Shown piece by piece: positions 1-11,808 of a stretch of DNA of 64,000 nucleotides. The stretch's first letter is position 1. Each line of letters begins with the position of its first letter. The notes below the pieces were generated by a model, which saw only the letters and a list, made by a program, of their open reading frames with translations, made no database searches and had not been told where the DNA came from. Both the position numbers and the translations under genes were made by a program. Source of the DNA: Squalus acanthias (Eukaryota); contig CM059433.1 of NCBI GenBank assembly GCA_030390025.1, forward strand, positions 14,448,001 through 14,512,000, given 5' to 3'.

Positions 1-630
1 GACACAACAGAGGCGAGGATTTGGAAAACAAATTCCATCTCTCCAGGATGTGTGCAGAAAATCTCAGTCAAGCCCATTTGTATTCTAATCCTTCAAGCCA
101 GTTTAAAAGATTGAGAATTTCCACCTCAGTCAGCATCCACTCCACGTTGAGGAGAAAAGTATCAAAGAGGCTCATCAATTGTTGGACCAGAAACATGTTG
201 CAGAAGCTAACTGAAATGCTATATAACTTCTTAGGCTTCGGAGCTGCGTCTTGAGAATTAAGAGTGACCTCTTTACGACAAAAATTATAATTTATAATAA
301 AGTAAATCAAGAAAGGCAAGTTCTCACACCATCAATTAAGCAAATTTATTAAATTTCGCTTTATTAAAAAAAATCTTTTTTATTAAAAAGATGATTGTTC
401 CCTTTGTAAGATTATCGTGGATTAGTTGTTTTAGAATACTTGTTTTATTACTTTATAATCATTAGTATCTTATGATCAGCAGTATCTTATAATCATCAGT
501 AATGGATTTATAATCAGGTGTAAGAATTAAATGTAGATGTCTATAATCATCAACTGTATGCAATGGTAACCTGAATTATTTTGAGAAGTCGCACAACACC
601 AGGTTATAGTCCAACAGTTTTATTTGAAAT

Positions 631-665
631 TACGAGCTTTCGGAGCTCTGCTCCTTCGTCAGGTA
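631..665 (-). ncRNA. Minimal type-I hammerhead ribozyme motif in pLTR
   Basis: Minus strand reads tac-CTGACGA-a-ggagc aga gctcc-GAAA-GCTC-gta: core boxes, stem II, palindromic AGCT stem III, 3-bp stem I. Confidence 0.7.
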
Positions 666-764
666 CAGTGAGCGAATACAGATCGGTTACAAAGTATATA
701 CAGATAGAGAACAATGTGTCTGCAGAGATACAATCCGTCAGGGAGGCATTACATCAAAGACACA

Positions 765-1811
765 GAAGGATCACTGAAAGGACTACACGATAACATCAAC
801 AGGTTCCATCCACCATCAAACTCACCATGGACTACTCCTCAGAATCGGTTTCATTCTTGGACACATGAATCTCCATCAAAGACGGACACCTCAGCACTTC
901 ACTCTACCGCAAGCCCACGGACAACCTCACGATGCTCCACTTCTCCAGCTTCCACCCTAACCACGTTAAAGAAGCCATCCCCTATGGACAAGCCCTGCGA
1001 ATACACAGTATCTGCTCAGACGATGAGGAACGCGATGGACACCTACGGACGCTGAAAGACGCCCTCGTAAGAACGGGATATGATGCTCGACTCGTCGATC
1101 GACAGTTCCGACGGGCCACAGCGAAAAATCGCATAGACCTCCTCAGAAGGCGAACACAGGACACAACCAACAGAGTACCCTACGTCGTCCAGTACTTCCC
1201 CGGAACGGAGAAACTACGCCATGTTCTTCGCAGCCTTCAACATGTCATCGATGACGACGAACACCTTGCTAAGGCCATCCCTAAGCCTCCACTACTCGCC
1301 TTCAAGCAGCCGCCTAACCTCAAAAGTACCATCGTTCGCAGCAAATTACCCAGCTGTCAGGAGAACAGTGACCATGACACCACACAACCCTGCCACGGCA
1401 ACCTCTGCAAGACATGCCAGATCATCAACACAGATACCATCATCACATGTGAGGACACTACCCACCAGGTACATGGTACATACTCATGTGACTCGGCTAA
1501 CGTTGTCTACCTCACGTTGCAGGAAAGAATGCACCGCGGCATGGTACATCAGCGAGACCATGCAGACACTGAGACAACGTATGAACGGACATCGCGCAAC
1601 AATCGCCAGGCAGGATTGTTACCTCCCAGTCGGGGAACACTTCAGCAGTCAAGGACATTCAGCCTCGGATCTGCGGGTTAGCGTTCTCCAAGGCAGCCTT
1701 CGAGACACACGACAACGCAAAATCATCGAGCAGAAACTGATAGCCAAGTTCCGCACCCATGAGGACGAACTCAACAGGGATCTCGGTTTCATGTCATGCT
1801 ACAGAACGTGA
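765..1811 (+). pseudogene. Penelope RT C-terminus plus GIY-YIG endonuclease, frameshifted
   Basis: ORFs 932-1681 (LHFSSFHPNHVKEAIPYGQALRIHSICS; CHGNLCKTC) and 1221-1811 (WYISETMQTLRQRMNGHR...HFSSQGHS...EQKLIAKFRTHEDELNRD) match the PLE thumb, linker and GIY-YIG pattern. Confidence 0.88.
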
Positions 1812-2042
1812 CTCGACATCGTTGTCTGGTTCACAGGTGTGATTTCCAGTTTTTTAAAAAAAGTAAAAAGCTTAACTGCAGACTGCAGCATTTGACACGT
1901 TGGACCCCCTGTGACCCACCTCATTGTCTTAGCTGTACTCTGCTGTGTCTTTGATGTAATGCCTCCCTGATGGATTGTATCTCTGCAGACACATTGTTCT
2001 CTGTCTATATATACTTTGTAATTGATTTGTATTCCCTCACTG

Positions 2043-2078
2043 TACCTGACGAAGGGGCAGCAGCTCCGAAAGCTCGTA
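2043..2078 (+). ncRNA. Minimal hammerhead ribozyme motif in pLTR
   Basis: tac-CTGACGA-a-ggggc agca gctcc-GAAA-GCTC-gta. Confidence 0.7.
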
Positions 2079-3567
2079 ATTTCAAACAAAACTGTTGGAC
2101 TGTAACCTGGTGTTGTGCGACTTCTCATTTTTGTCCACCCCAGTCCAACACCGGCATCTCCGCATCATGAATTATATTGGACATGCAACCCTTTTGCTTA
2201 TAATTAAATTCTGTGAGTAAGCCGTAACTCAGACAGCCTGGGGTGAGAAAGAGGACTGCTATAGTCGAATAGGGAAGCTGTGGGTGGATTAACGAAAGTT
2301 GGATATTAGCCAACAGTAAGGATGAGGCATAGGCCGCGATTTCGCCTACCGAGGCGGGCTCAGTGCGGCCGAGGTAGGTGGCGGGTTGCGACCCCGCTCC
2401 CGGCTCCATCCCGCTCTGTGAGAAGTTGTTTCCATTGATTGGGCTTGTTAAGCCTGCCCTGCAAGGTTCCCAGCCAATTAAAAGGAAGCGGGTCTGATGA
2501 CATCATTTGATGACGCGTCATCAGCCGGTTTCCTTAAAGGGACCATGTCCACATTCATTTTGACAGTTCTGCTGTCAGTGTTCTACAGCACTGAGGTGCT
2601 GCAAACACTGACAAGAACAGCACAAAGGTGCACAGCTGCACCCAGGCTCTCTCATGACTCCCTCCATATGCTTATGGAGGGAGTCACAGCACGCAGGGAG
2701 GTCCTCTTCCCTTCCAATGGGCGGAAGAGACCTCCCTAGGACACCAACGCAGCCTGGTTGCACATTGCAGAGGAGGGCACAAGCAGCAATGTGGTCAGGA
2801 GGACCAGGCTGCAGTGGTGCAAACCTTTCAATGATCTCAGTAGATCACAAAATGTAACTGCAAAGCCACATTCAACCTCATCCTGCTGTGCCACTCATCA
2901 CATCCCCATCACTCTGCCTTCCCTACTCTACTCCTGCACATCCTTACTCACACCAACTTATCTTGCACCTCCACCCATCCCTTTCTATCTACATTATCAC
3001 ATCCCCATCTCACTAGCTACCCCTGACACTCACCCTCATCCTTATCCAATCATACCAACTAACAACACACAAAGGTAGGCACGTGGGTGTTTTATGCAAT
3101 GTTCATGTTGCCAAACATTGAAATCTTTATTTTCCACACTTTCCGGTCTTGGACAGATTTGTGTGCACCTTTGGAAGTGGCTTAGTGAGTTGCAGTGAAT
3201 GGTGAGACATAACGTTACCCCCCGCAATGGTGATGAGTGTGAAAGGAATATCTTGGGCATTGTAGGGATGCTTTATGGTGTTGGCGTGGGGTGGTGCCAA
3301 CCTGGCGCATCATGTGACAGCCAGGGTGTACAGCGTCAAGTGAAGTAAATCTGGCCATGGTGAGGCCATCCCATGCCTCCCGGGCAGCAATGTGATCGGA
3401 TGCTGATGCCCTGTGTCCTGTGCAGCATCAGGTGATTGCGGAGCAGGTTGATGTTGTTCTTGGTGGTGCTGGTGTGCCTGGTGATGTTAGTGTTGGGACT
3501 GATCGTGGTGGGATTCTGAGGACCAAGGTGAGATTTTTTCAAGGGTACCGATGCTGCTGGAATATAT

Positions 3568-4124
3568 TGAGAGGTCGCACAACACCAGGTTATAGTCCAA
3601 CAGTTTTATTTGAAATCACAAGCTTTCGGAACTATCGCTCCTTCCTCAGGTGAAGTAAATTGGATACAGAATCGTCAGAGCATATATAGATGGAAAAAAA
3701 AGCATGTGTACTTTACAATTGCAGACCAATAAATTAAATCATCCTGACTATCTGCCGAGGTGTGATAAAGTTAATTAAGTCAGCCAGGAAGGTACCACAT
3801 CAAAAGACATAGCAAGATACAACTGAGACAATGAGGTGAAGTCGCAGGGGTTCTAACGTGTCAAAAGCTGCCGTCTGTATGTAAAACGAAAAGCTTTAAA
3901 AAAAAATTTACTTTTTTACTGGGAAAATTTTTACTTTTTTACTGGGAATCACATCTGTGAACAAGCTAACGACGACTCGAGTCCGGATCACGTCATGTAT
4001 CGTGACATAAACCCAAGATCCCGATTGAGACCGTCTTCATGAGTGCAGAACTTGGCTATCAGTTTCTGCTCGATGATTTTGCGTTGTCGTGTGTTTCTAA
4101 GGTTGCCTTGGAGAACGCTTACCC
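3568..4124 (-). mobile_element. Penelope family A 3' fragment (GIY-YIG end plus pLTR)
   Basis: Encodes RVSVLQGNLRNTRQRKIIEQKLIAKFCTHEDGLNRDLGF; 12-bp TSD GCTGGAATATAT (3556-3567, 4125-4136). Confidence 0.88.
3616..3653 (-). ncRNA. Minimal hammerhead ribozyme motif in pLTR
   Basis: tcac-CTGAGGA-a-ggagc gata gttcc-GAAA-GCTT-gtga; stem I covaries with the other two copies. Confidence 0.68.
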
Positions 4125-4693
4125 GCTGGAATATATGGCAGCTGAAGTTGAGATGACAGAAGCGATCCGTCAATGGTGAGAGAGCTTGTTCCAAGGAGGT
4201 GACACTGGATAGAAAGTTTACTCCAAACTGCATAAAGCTGAAAAGTGTATTCCAAATCCTGAAGGCTCCAGCTTCTCAGATTGAAAAATGAACTGCTGTG
4301 AAATGGTAGGTTTTATACCACTTTTGCAGCTGTCAACTATTCAGAGAAATGGAGAGTCATTGACAGCCCGATCTACTTACCTGACGTGATCCCCGAACGC
4401 CGGGAAGCTCGTGAAAAAGCTGGTAAAATGGTAAGTACATGGTAAAATGGCGTTTAAGTACCTTTTAACAAGCTCTTAAGTACCTGAATTGTCTCACCCG
4501 CCGCTTGGTGTCGGGTCTGTAAAGCACAGTCAGACCCGGCACTTGGGAAACTGACACGGAGGCGAGTTGACAGATGGATCCCGATCCGGTCAATCTTTTC
4601 AATTTTGACAGCGGACCCGCCTCCAAACCCACAAAATTCTGGCCATAGAGTGGAGCTAGCTGTGGGAACCAAGGTCAGTTTTAGTTGCAACCG

Positions 4694-5159
4694 TGTTGGA
4701 ATGTTATAATGTCTGGCAGTGAGCTAAAACATAGGCCTTTCACAGGACCAGCAAGGGCACAGTATCTCTAGAGTATGGAGACATATTCTTTTGTGTTGCC
4801 ATAACTACTCCAGATATGAGTCTTGATTGTCAAAAACAGATGATGTAAGGGGGTTTTGAATGAGAGTGAGGGTATAAGAAGGGGGCTCTCGACAGCCACA
4901 AAGTGTAGAAGATTTCAGGAAGAATTCAGAGACCCAAGAGACAGACAAGAGACAAGAAACACAGGGTGCAGACTACTCACAGATGCGATTTCTACCCAGA
5001 GCATAACAGGGTAATACAAGTCTCAATTATACTCTGTAAACTGCTGCTCGAATACTGTAATGTATTAAGTCTTGTTTGTGTTGAATAAAGTTTAATCACT
5101 GTCATCAATATATGTCAACTTCGAAACTTTCGGAATCAGGGTCCCTCTGGGATCTTACA
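4694..5159 (+). mobile_element. Probable solo LTR (about 466 bp)
   Basis: Begins TGTTGGA, ends TCTTACA; TATA-like TATAAG near 4873 and AATAAA near 5084; TSD not clean. Confidence 0.55.
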
Positions 5160-5769
5160 CCTTAAGCATTCCAAGAAACTAGTTCAGCATTTAAACCTGT
5201 ATCTAGCTTGAGTGAATCCTAAAACAGCAATGTTGTAGTTGCACAAGGAACACAACCAACAGGAGAAACAAGGAATAAATGAACATCAAAGTAACAATCT
5301 CGGGGAACTGCTCTGCGAATTCCCAACACAAATAATCCAGGATCTCTATTCCATTCTCCTACTTGCCCCCAAAAGATCACCGAAAATATAAATGGCAAAA
5401 AAAGGAGGGGGAGTGGGGGAGGGGAAATCTCCATGAAGCCTAAAGTCAGGTGGAAATTTCAGCCCTCATTACATTGAAATTATAAATCTATAACAACATG
5501 AGAACAAAGTCTAGCCCCCCTAGACACCCAGGATCACGATTGCTTCTTTTTTTAAATGCTCCCTTGCAATGTATTATTTCTTCAAAGGAGGAGAGAAAAT
5601 AGAAAGGTCCTACAACATTCTACCCTACTTCATGAATAAAGTAACTATAATTAGCATCCCATTACCTCCTGAATATTAATAAAGAGAAATGATTACAAAA
5701 TTCAAATGACATACATAGTTCCAAGTCCTAGAAAGCGAAACTGGTTAAGATTGAAAAAAATAATAAACT

Positions 5770-6830
5770 GGTGCCGTGGCTCCTCCTATAGAGTGTCCAG
5801 TGAATAAATGAGCCATCTAAACCAGAAAGGTCCCAGGTCTGATCCGTGAGCTATACCCAGTTAGCTGGCCTCACCCAGGGTGGCAATAGAGGCGCCATTT
5901 TGACCTCAGAAGTTGTTTATTAGCTAAAAGGTGAATATATGGTATTTTGATTAGCTGCTTAATCACTCTGTCCTCCAAAAATTATTGAACTAAATTTGTA
6001 GCTTATATTATTATTGAGTGGAAGCTGAGTGAGATGGAAATTGAAAGTCTCTCAAACTGGCTCAAAAGTATTAGAATGCAAATGATGGCCTTTAATTTGA
6101 TGGAAGTGTTTTGCACTTATCCTGGAGAGAGGAAATTTATGGGCGCGATTTTGCCTTTGGGGAGCTTTTGGAGGCGGGACTCCCACTTGTCGGGTTTCAG
6201 TCCTGTCTCCATCAACTTCTGGCCAACCCACGCTATTTTCCCTTGATTGACCTTGTTAAGCCCGCCCAGTGGGCTTAGCAGGCCAATTAAGGGAAAGCCA
6301 GTTACAGAGAACGTCAGCTGTTAACAGGTAGATAAGTGGCACTAATCCCCTTCCTGCCTCCAAGGAGACGGGACCCGGCGCGGGTCGACTACCCGTCTCC
6401 TGGAAAGATGGCACGGAGGCAGATTGGGAGCGGGTTGGGCACCCGCCCCCAGATTCTGCCATTTTCCCGGCAGTCCTGCCTCCATACCCGCCTCCCCAGG
6501 GCTGGCAAGATCGCGCCCTATCTTTCAAATCTGCACCTTATGATTTTTCAAGATGACAGGATAATAAATAATCAGATTATTTTGCTTCTGAGTCACTGAG
6601 TTAGGGAAAAAAAGTGATCACTGTCCAAAAACCCCTGCTCAAAATCCATGCGTGTGGGCATTGGGTGCGGACAGGATTGGGCTCACTCATAATGCCCTGT
6701 GGTTAAATAACCTGTCAATATCACTGCCAAGGCCCAGACATGAATAATAGCCACTAGGGTTAGATACTGGAAGGGGACCAGTGCACATGTAACTATAACC
6801 CAGCAAGGAATCACTGCCATCAGGAGAGAA
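5770..6830 (+). mobile_element. Old, degraded tRNA-derived SINE remnants (split by later sequence including a MITE)
   Basis: tRNA-like head remnant at about 5770-5910 (aaggtcccaggtctgatcc...gttagctg) and body-like segment at about 6600-6830; recognised only by loose resemblance. Confidence 0.3.
6141..6518. mobile_element. Harbinger-type MITE
   Basis: TIR GGGCGCGATTTTGCC / GGCAAGATCGCGCCC, TSD TAT; homologous to 10293-10686. Confidence 0.85.
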
Positions 6831-7107
6831 GGAAAGGAAATGAGTTGGCAGGAAAACAAGTAGGGGTCTTTCATGAGCATGTGTGGCCAAAGCACAAAGA
6901 AATAACTGACTTGGCACCAATATCAATTCCAATTATTATTCCACACCATTCCAACTTGGAATGAGTAACCAAAAGTGGTCCATAATTCATAAGGAAAAAC
7001 AGCAATTATCACCGTCTAAACAACAAAACAAAAAAACAGGGAGACAAGCTACATAAATAATTGATTATTGAAAGAGTCCAAAGCAAATAAAGGCAAATAA
7101 TTCTTAC

Positions 7108-7205
7108 CACATATTTAAAATCAATAGCCATAAAACAATGATAGACAAATACAGTCTCAGCAGAATACATATATACTCGATCAGAGGTCATTTTAATTCC
7201 TGCGC
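7108..7205 (-). CDS. Candidate internal exon (98 nt)
   Basis: ttgtttcttctcaaaag / gtg-gtaaga; single open frame AGIKMTSDRVYMYSAETVFVYHCFMAIDFKYV. Confidence 0.33.
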
Positions 7206-7659
7206 CTTTTGAGAAGAAACAACGATAACACACGGGAAAGAAGAAATTAAATGAATTTCCCTTCACGTTTCCTCCCCACACATGGAATAAAAAAGCAATA
7301 ACTATCATATTGCTTCATAGGATAAATGCTCATAGAGAGTGAATGTCTCTTGTGGGATTTGTTAGAATGGCGAACAAATAAAGAACAGTATTCACCAGGA
7401 GGTCAACAATGAAACACACAAGTACCACAAGCTCAAATCACAAAATAATGCATGAGGAACGCCACTTGGTCCATTTTAGCTCATCCATCCTGAAAGAACC
7501 GATAGTCCTACTATCATGGCATCTGGCAGTTAAATGATTCCAAGGTTATTGCTTCCATTATTCTACTAGGAAGTCCATTTTGTGCATTGAGTGAGTTAAC
7601 TATTTCAGTATATCTACAATATGCTGCAGTCAGCTATGAACAGGATAATTCTTTTCCAG

Positions 7660-7985
7660 CAATATTCTTCGATAGCATCTCCCAAACCCGCGACCTCTAC
7701 TACCTAGAAGGACAAGGGCAGCAGGTGCACGGGAACACCACCACCTCCAAATTCCCCTCCAAGTCACACACCATCCTGACTTGGACATGTATCGCCGTTC
7801 CTTCATCGTCGCTTGGTCAAAATCCTGGAACTCCCTCCCTAACAGCACTGTGGGAGTACCTTCACCAGAAGGACTGCAGCGGTTCAAGAAGGCGGCTCAC
7901 CACCACCTTCTCAAAGGCAACTAGGGATGGGCAATAAATGCTGGCCTTGCCAGCACCGCCCACATCCCGTGAATGAATAAATAAA
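7660..7985 (+). mobile_element. 3' end of CR1/L2-group LINE (family B)
   Basis: Shares 3' UTR (gggcaactagggatgggcaataaatgctggcc...gaatgaataa) with 9155-9630 and 16975-17690. Confidence 0.8.
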
Positions 7986-8379
7986 AAAATATACAAAAAA
8001 GTATGATAGCTGAATGACAAGCTTATGTGACAGTCTGTCCAGATGAGAATTTAGACTCCTGAAATTTCTCCACAAGACAACAAACATGAACAATTCTGCT
8101 GTAAGATGTACAACAAAAATCACCAGTCACAATGCTTCTAACTTAAATGCAGAAAATAAGGATACACTGTTTTGGTGTAAATGACAAGAAAGGTACTTTA
8201 TTGTTAGTGCTCTCCTCGAGCTAACCTACAGGCAGTGTCAGTTGTTTATTTTTTCCTTACAGCTCTGAAGTGCCTTGGGATGTGTGTCTCTGCTAAAGAT
8301 ACCATATAACTGCAAGTTGTTGTTGCTGCTCTTTGTTTAGTTACTTAGATGAGTGGACTAGGCCTCATATATAGATATT

Positions 8380-9097
8380 GGGGACGATTTATAGCTCCCA
8401 CTCAAAACGGACATGATGTCGGTGGAGATGTCACGCTTCTCTGAAACCTGTGTCAGGAGGCAGAAACCATTTACAGGCCTCATCAGCATAATTCGGGTGA
8501 GCTGCTCAGTGCTCAATGCGTGCTAGCAGGTAGCCCAGTACATCGAGGGGGGCGGTGAGGGAGGAGGGTGGGGGGGGTGTAAGTTCAATGCCTCCACGGG
8601 CGAGCCGAGCCCGGGCATCAGTCTTAAAAGGGAGTGAGGAGGTGCACTGGGGGGAGTGGGGCCTACCCAACAGTTGGGAGCAGAGCATTGCTGCTCCTTT
8701 TGCTCTCCCGAACATTTCCCTCCCCAAAAAGTTGCAGGTCATTTCTGGAGCGGTGTCCAACAGTCCCTTGAAGGACTGCTGGTTAGGCCGGTACAAATGG
8801 GTGGAGTGTGTGCAGTGCAAGCTTCGCCCATTTGTACCTGGAAATTGCAAAAACAGACGGGAGGCTGCTTACATACATAAATCACACTCCTACGCTGGTT
8901 GTAGGACCCCGGTTCACATGTGTAAGCAGCTTATTGTCTGATTTGGCAGTGTGCCCATTTAGAGGCCCGGGCGAAACTTGCATTAGGCGGGCCTTAATCG
9001 TCCACGGGGTGGTAAAGTTGCCACGCCTCAATTGTCCACTGCCAGCCGCCCATCTTTAAGGTGAGAAACAGGTGAGGGGCAGGTGAAAGTCATCCCC
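8380..9097. mobile_element. Harbinger-type MITE
   Basis: Termini GGGGACGATTT...AAGTCATCCCC, TSD ATT. Confidence 0.65.
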
Positions 9098-9154
9098 ATT
9101 ATCGTCAACTGAATCACATCTTGAGGCCTATTGTAGGAATCTCATCTAGACGTT

Positions 9155-9630
9155 TTTTTCGTTCCTGAGATCTGGGTGTCGCTGGCAAGGCCAGCATTTA
9201 TTGCCCATCCCTAGTTGCCCTTGAGAAGGTGGTGGTGAGCCACCTTCTTGAACCGCTGCAGTCCGTGTGGTGAAGGTACTCCCACAGTGCTGTTAGGGAG
9301 GGAGTACCAGGATTTTGACCCAGCAACCATGAAGGAACGGCGATATACTTCCAAGTCAGGATGGTGTGTGACTTGGAGGGGAACGTGGAGGTGGTGGTGT
9401 TCCCATGCGCCTGCTGCCCTTGACCTTCTAGGTCGTAGAGGTCGCGGGTTTGGGAGGTACTGCCGAAGAAGCCTTGGCGAGTGTGCATCTTGTAGATGGT
9501 ACACACCGCAGCCACGGTACGCCGGTGGTGGAGGGAGTGATTGTTTAAGGTGTTGGATGGGGTGCCAATCAAGTGGGCTGCTTTGTCCTGGATGGTGTCG
9601 AGCTTCTTGAGTGTTGTTGGAGCTGCTGTA
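9155..9630 (-). mobile_element. 3' end of LINE family B
   Basis: AAPTTLKKLDTIQDKAAHLIG...HSLHHRRTVAAVCTIYKMH plus shared 3' UTR. Confidence 0.85.
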
Positions 9631-10292
9631 CATGCTGTGATCAGTTGAGGGATCCCAAACAATATTCAAACTGCACTTACATTAACATCATTGGGGTAAT
9701 GCAGTCATGTTGCCCACAGGCAGGAACCAATGAAGCCCAGTTGGGGTAGAGTGAGCTACACAATGGTGCGAATGTTGAGAGGTTCTGCTGACATGATAAA
9801 CCACAACAGAAAAGTTCAAGCAATTTATGCAAGTCATCGGAAATACATTACAGTCCATAAAATTGCTCCAGTTTCATTGTTACTTTACATTATAAGGAGT
9901 AAGAGCGATGCAATTCTTTAGACAGCACTTCAGTAAAGGAGAAATCGATCTTCAAGTGCTAGGCTCTTTGGCGTCCAATATTGAGACAGTCCCTTATGAG
10001 TACATCTGCGATTTTGTACTCATTTAAGTAAGAGTTTATTTAAGTAGTTATTTTTCATTTTTCTGAAATTTTATACACTCTAATAACATCTGACAAAACA
10101 GCAAACAATATGATAAAAAGAGACTGAAGCATTTACAAGACAAAAAGCAGCAAGACATTAAGTCAAAGATATCAAGAGTCCCACTACACAGTAAGGGCCA
10201 GAATATCAAAGTACAGAACCACCTATTTTTAGAACTGGAAAGATATTATCAAAATCATCATTTGTACTTAGTCATAAAAAGCTACAGACTAA

Positions 10293-10686
10293 GAGGGCGA
10301 TTTTGCCAATGGGGGCGTGTTGGAGGCGGGACTGCTGCTTGTCGGGTCTTAGTCCCGCCTCCATCGACTTCTGGCCAACCCACGCTACTTTCCCTTGATT
10401 GACCTTGTTAAGCCCGCCCAGCAGGTGGGAAGCCCGCGCCTCTGCTGGAAAAATGGGGATAATCCTCTTAGCTGCCTGTTAAATCCATGTTAACCTGCAG
10501 TTAAGTGGCTGTAATCCCCTTCCTGCCTCGAGGAGACGGGACCCGGTGCGGGTCGGCTACCCGCCTCCTGGGAAGATGGCACGGAGGCGGGTTGGGGGCG
10601 GGATGGGTACCTGCCCCCAGATTCTGCCATTTTCTCGGCAGTCCCGCCTCCAAACCCGGCTCCCCAGGGCTGGCAAGATCACGCCC
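10293..10686. mobile_element. Harbinger-type MITE
   Basis: Imperfect TIR, TSD TAA; homologue of 6141-6518. Confidence 0.8.
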
Positions 10687-10705
10687 TAAGGGTCTGTGAT
10701 AAATA

Positions 10706-11427
10706 GGGGGCGAAAGTCCTCCGGTGGGAGGCGCTAATGGGGCGCAAATGGCTTTTCGTCCCCCCCCCGAGGCGATAACCGCATCTCCCGTGAAATTCCG
10801 CGGGAGGTTAGAGGCAGCGCTACCGGGTATCTCCCTGATCTTCTGCGCCCGGAGAGCATGAAGTCATCTCTGGGCGCAGTGCCCCGGTAGCGCCTCAGGC
10901 GAAAAATTCCTCCTCGTGCCCCGCAGCAGCGCCGGGTGATGTTACCGACTGCTGCAGGGGTCGTGAACAGCGAGGCCGGCCGCTCGCGGGGCGCAACTAA
11001 AAGGCGCGGTGGCCGGCCGACGTGGAAAAAATCACCGGTTTAAAAGGAAATTGCTGAGCACTGGACGCGGGCTGAGTGCCGCGATCAGTCAGCCCAGCAC
11101 TCCCGCACCCCGGTGCTCCAGCCAAAAAAAAATGCAGAGCTCGCAGCGGGGGGCCCTTCCTTTTAATTGAGGGAAGAGCCCCTGGAACGCGGCAGTGCCA
11201 CACGTAGCCACGTGTGGCGCTGCTGAGCATCATCGCCCCGGATCGGGACATTCGCCACCTCTTGCGCTCCAAGAGGCAAGGGGAGCGTTTGATTTAGTGC
11301 TGCACTTCCCTCTTGGAGCAAAAAATGGGAATTTCTCAAATGTTTGAAAAGGTTAGCACCTAGCGCTAACTTTTCAAACATTTTTGACTTAGCGCCCCAA
11401 ATGGCCCTCGAGGGGAATTTCTCCCCC
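10706..11427. mobile_element. Harbinger-type MITE (GC-rich, GCGCTAA subterminal repeats)
   Basis: GGGGGCGAAAGTCC...GGAATTTCTCCCCC, TSD ATA. Confidence 0.8.
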
Positions 11428-11808
11428 ATAGTGTTTTGTAAAGAGATCCATATTAACAGCTCAGCAATAAGAAAATGCGAGGAATCAGTGTTGGGGTTGG
11501 CAACATGGCTCTGGAAATACTCCAAGCACACGGAAAAATTGATCTTGCTCCAACCAGAGAGAATGCATGAACCTCTCTAATTGGTGCATCTTCCAAAGCT
11601 TGTCAAGCTGGATTCATTGACACATATCGGGACTGTACCTATATCCAGAAACAGCAAGATATTCAAGAGGGAAGATTTTCCCTCCACGGCTGCCAACCTC
11701 ATAACTCTCCAACCCCACACAGCCCGCTTCTACCTCCTTCCCAAGATTCACAAACAGGACTGCCCCGGTAGACCCATCCTTTCAGCCTGTTCTTACCCCA
11801 TGGAACTT

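Larger units (their letters stand above)
580..2167 (+). mobile_element. Penelope-like retroelement (family A), 5'-truncated, with inverted pLTR at the 5' end
   Basis: About 584-765 is the reverse complement of about 1944-2127 (pLTR); RT C-terminal and GIY-YIG remnants lie between; flanked by direct repeat TGAATTAT (572-579, 2168-2175). Confidence 0.9.
2332..4644 (+). mobile_element. Non-autonomous PIF/Harbinger deletion derivative, interrupted by a PLE fragment
   Basis: Termini GGCCGCGATTT...AAATTCTGGCC, TSD ATA on both sides; Myb/SANT remnant at about 2620-2850 (RLSHDSLHMLMEGVTARREVLFPSNGRKRPP...WCKPFNDL) and opposite-strand transposase N-terminal remnant at about 3400-3550. Confidence 0.8.

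Noticed and set aside
440..560. Short degenerate repeats (ttataatcat...agta) as a CRISPR-like array
   Set aside because: Irregular low-complexity tandem repeat without unique spacers; eukaryotic context, no cas genes.
5667..5669. Possible 3-nt microexon (ttcag GAG gtaatg on minus)
   Set aside because: Too little information; expected by chance.
9920..10090. Exon-like segments on either strand
   Set aside because: In-frame stops in all frames tried and no recognisable homology.
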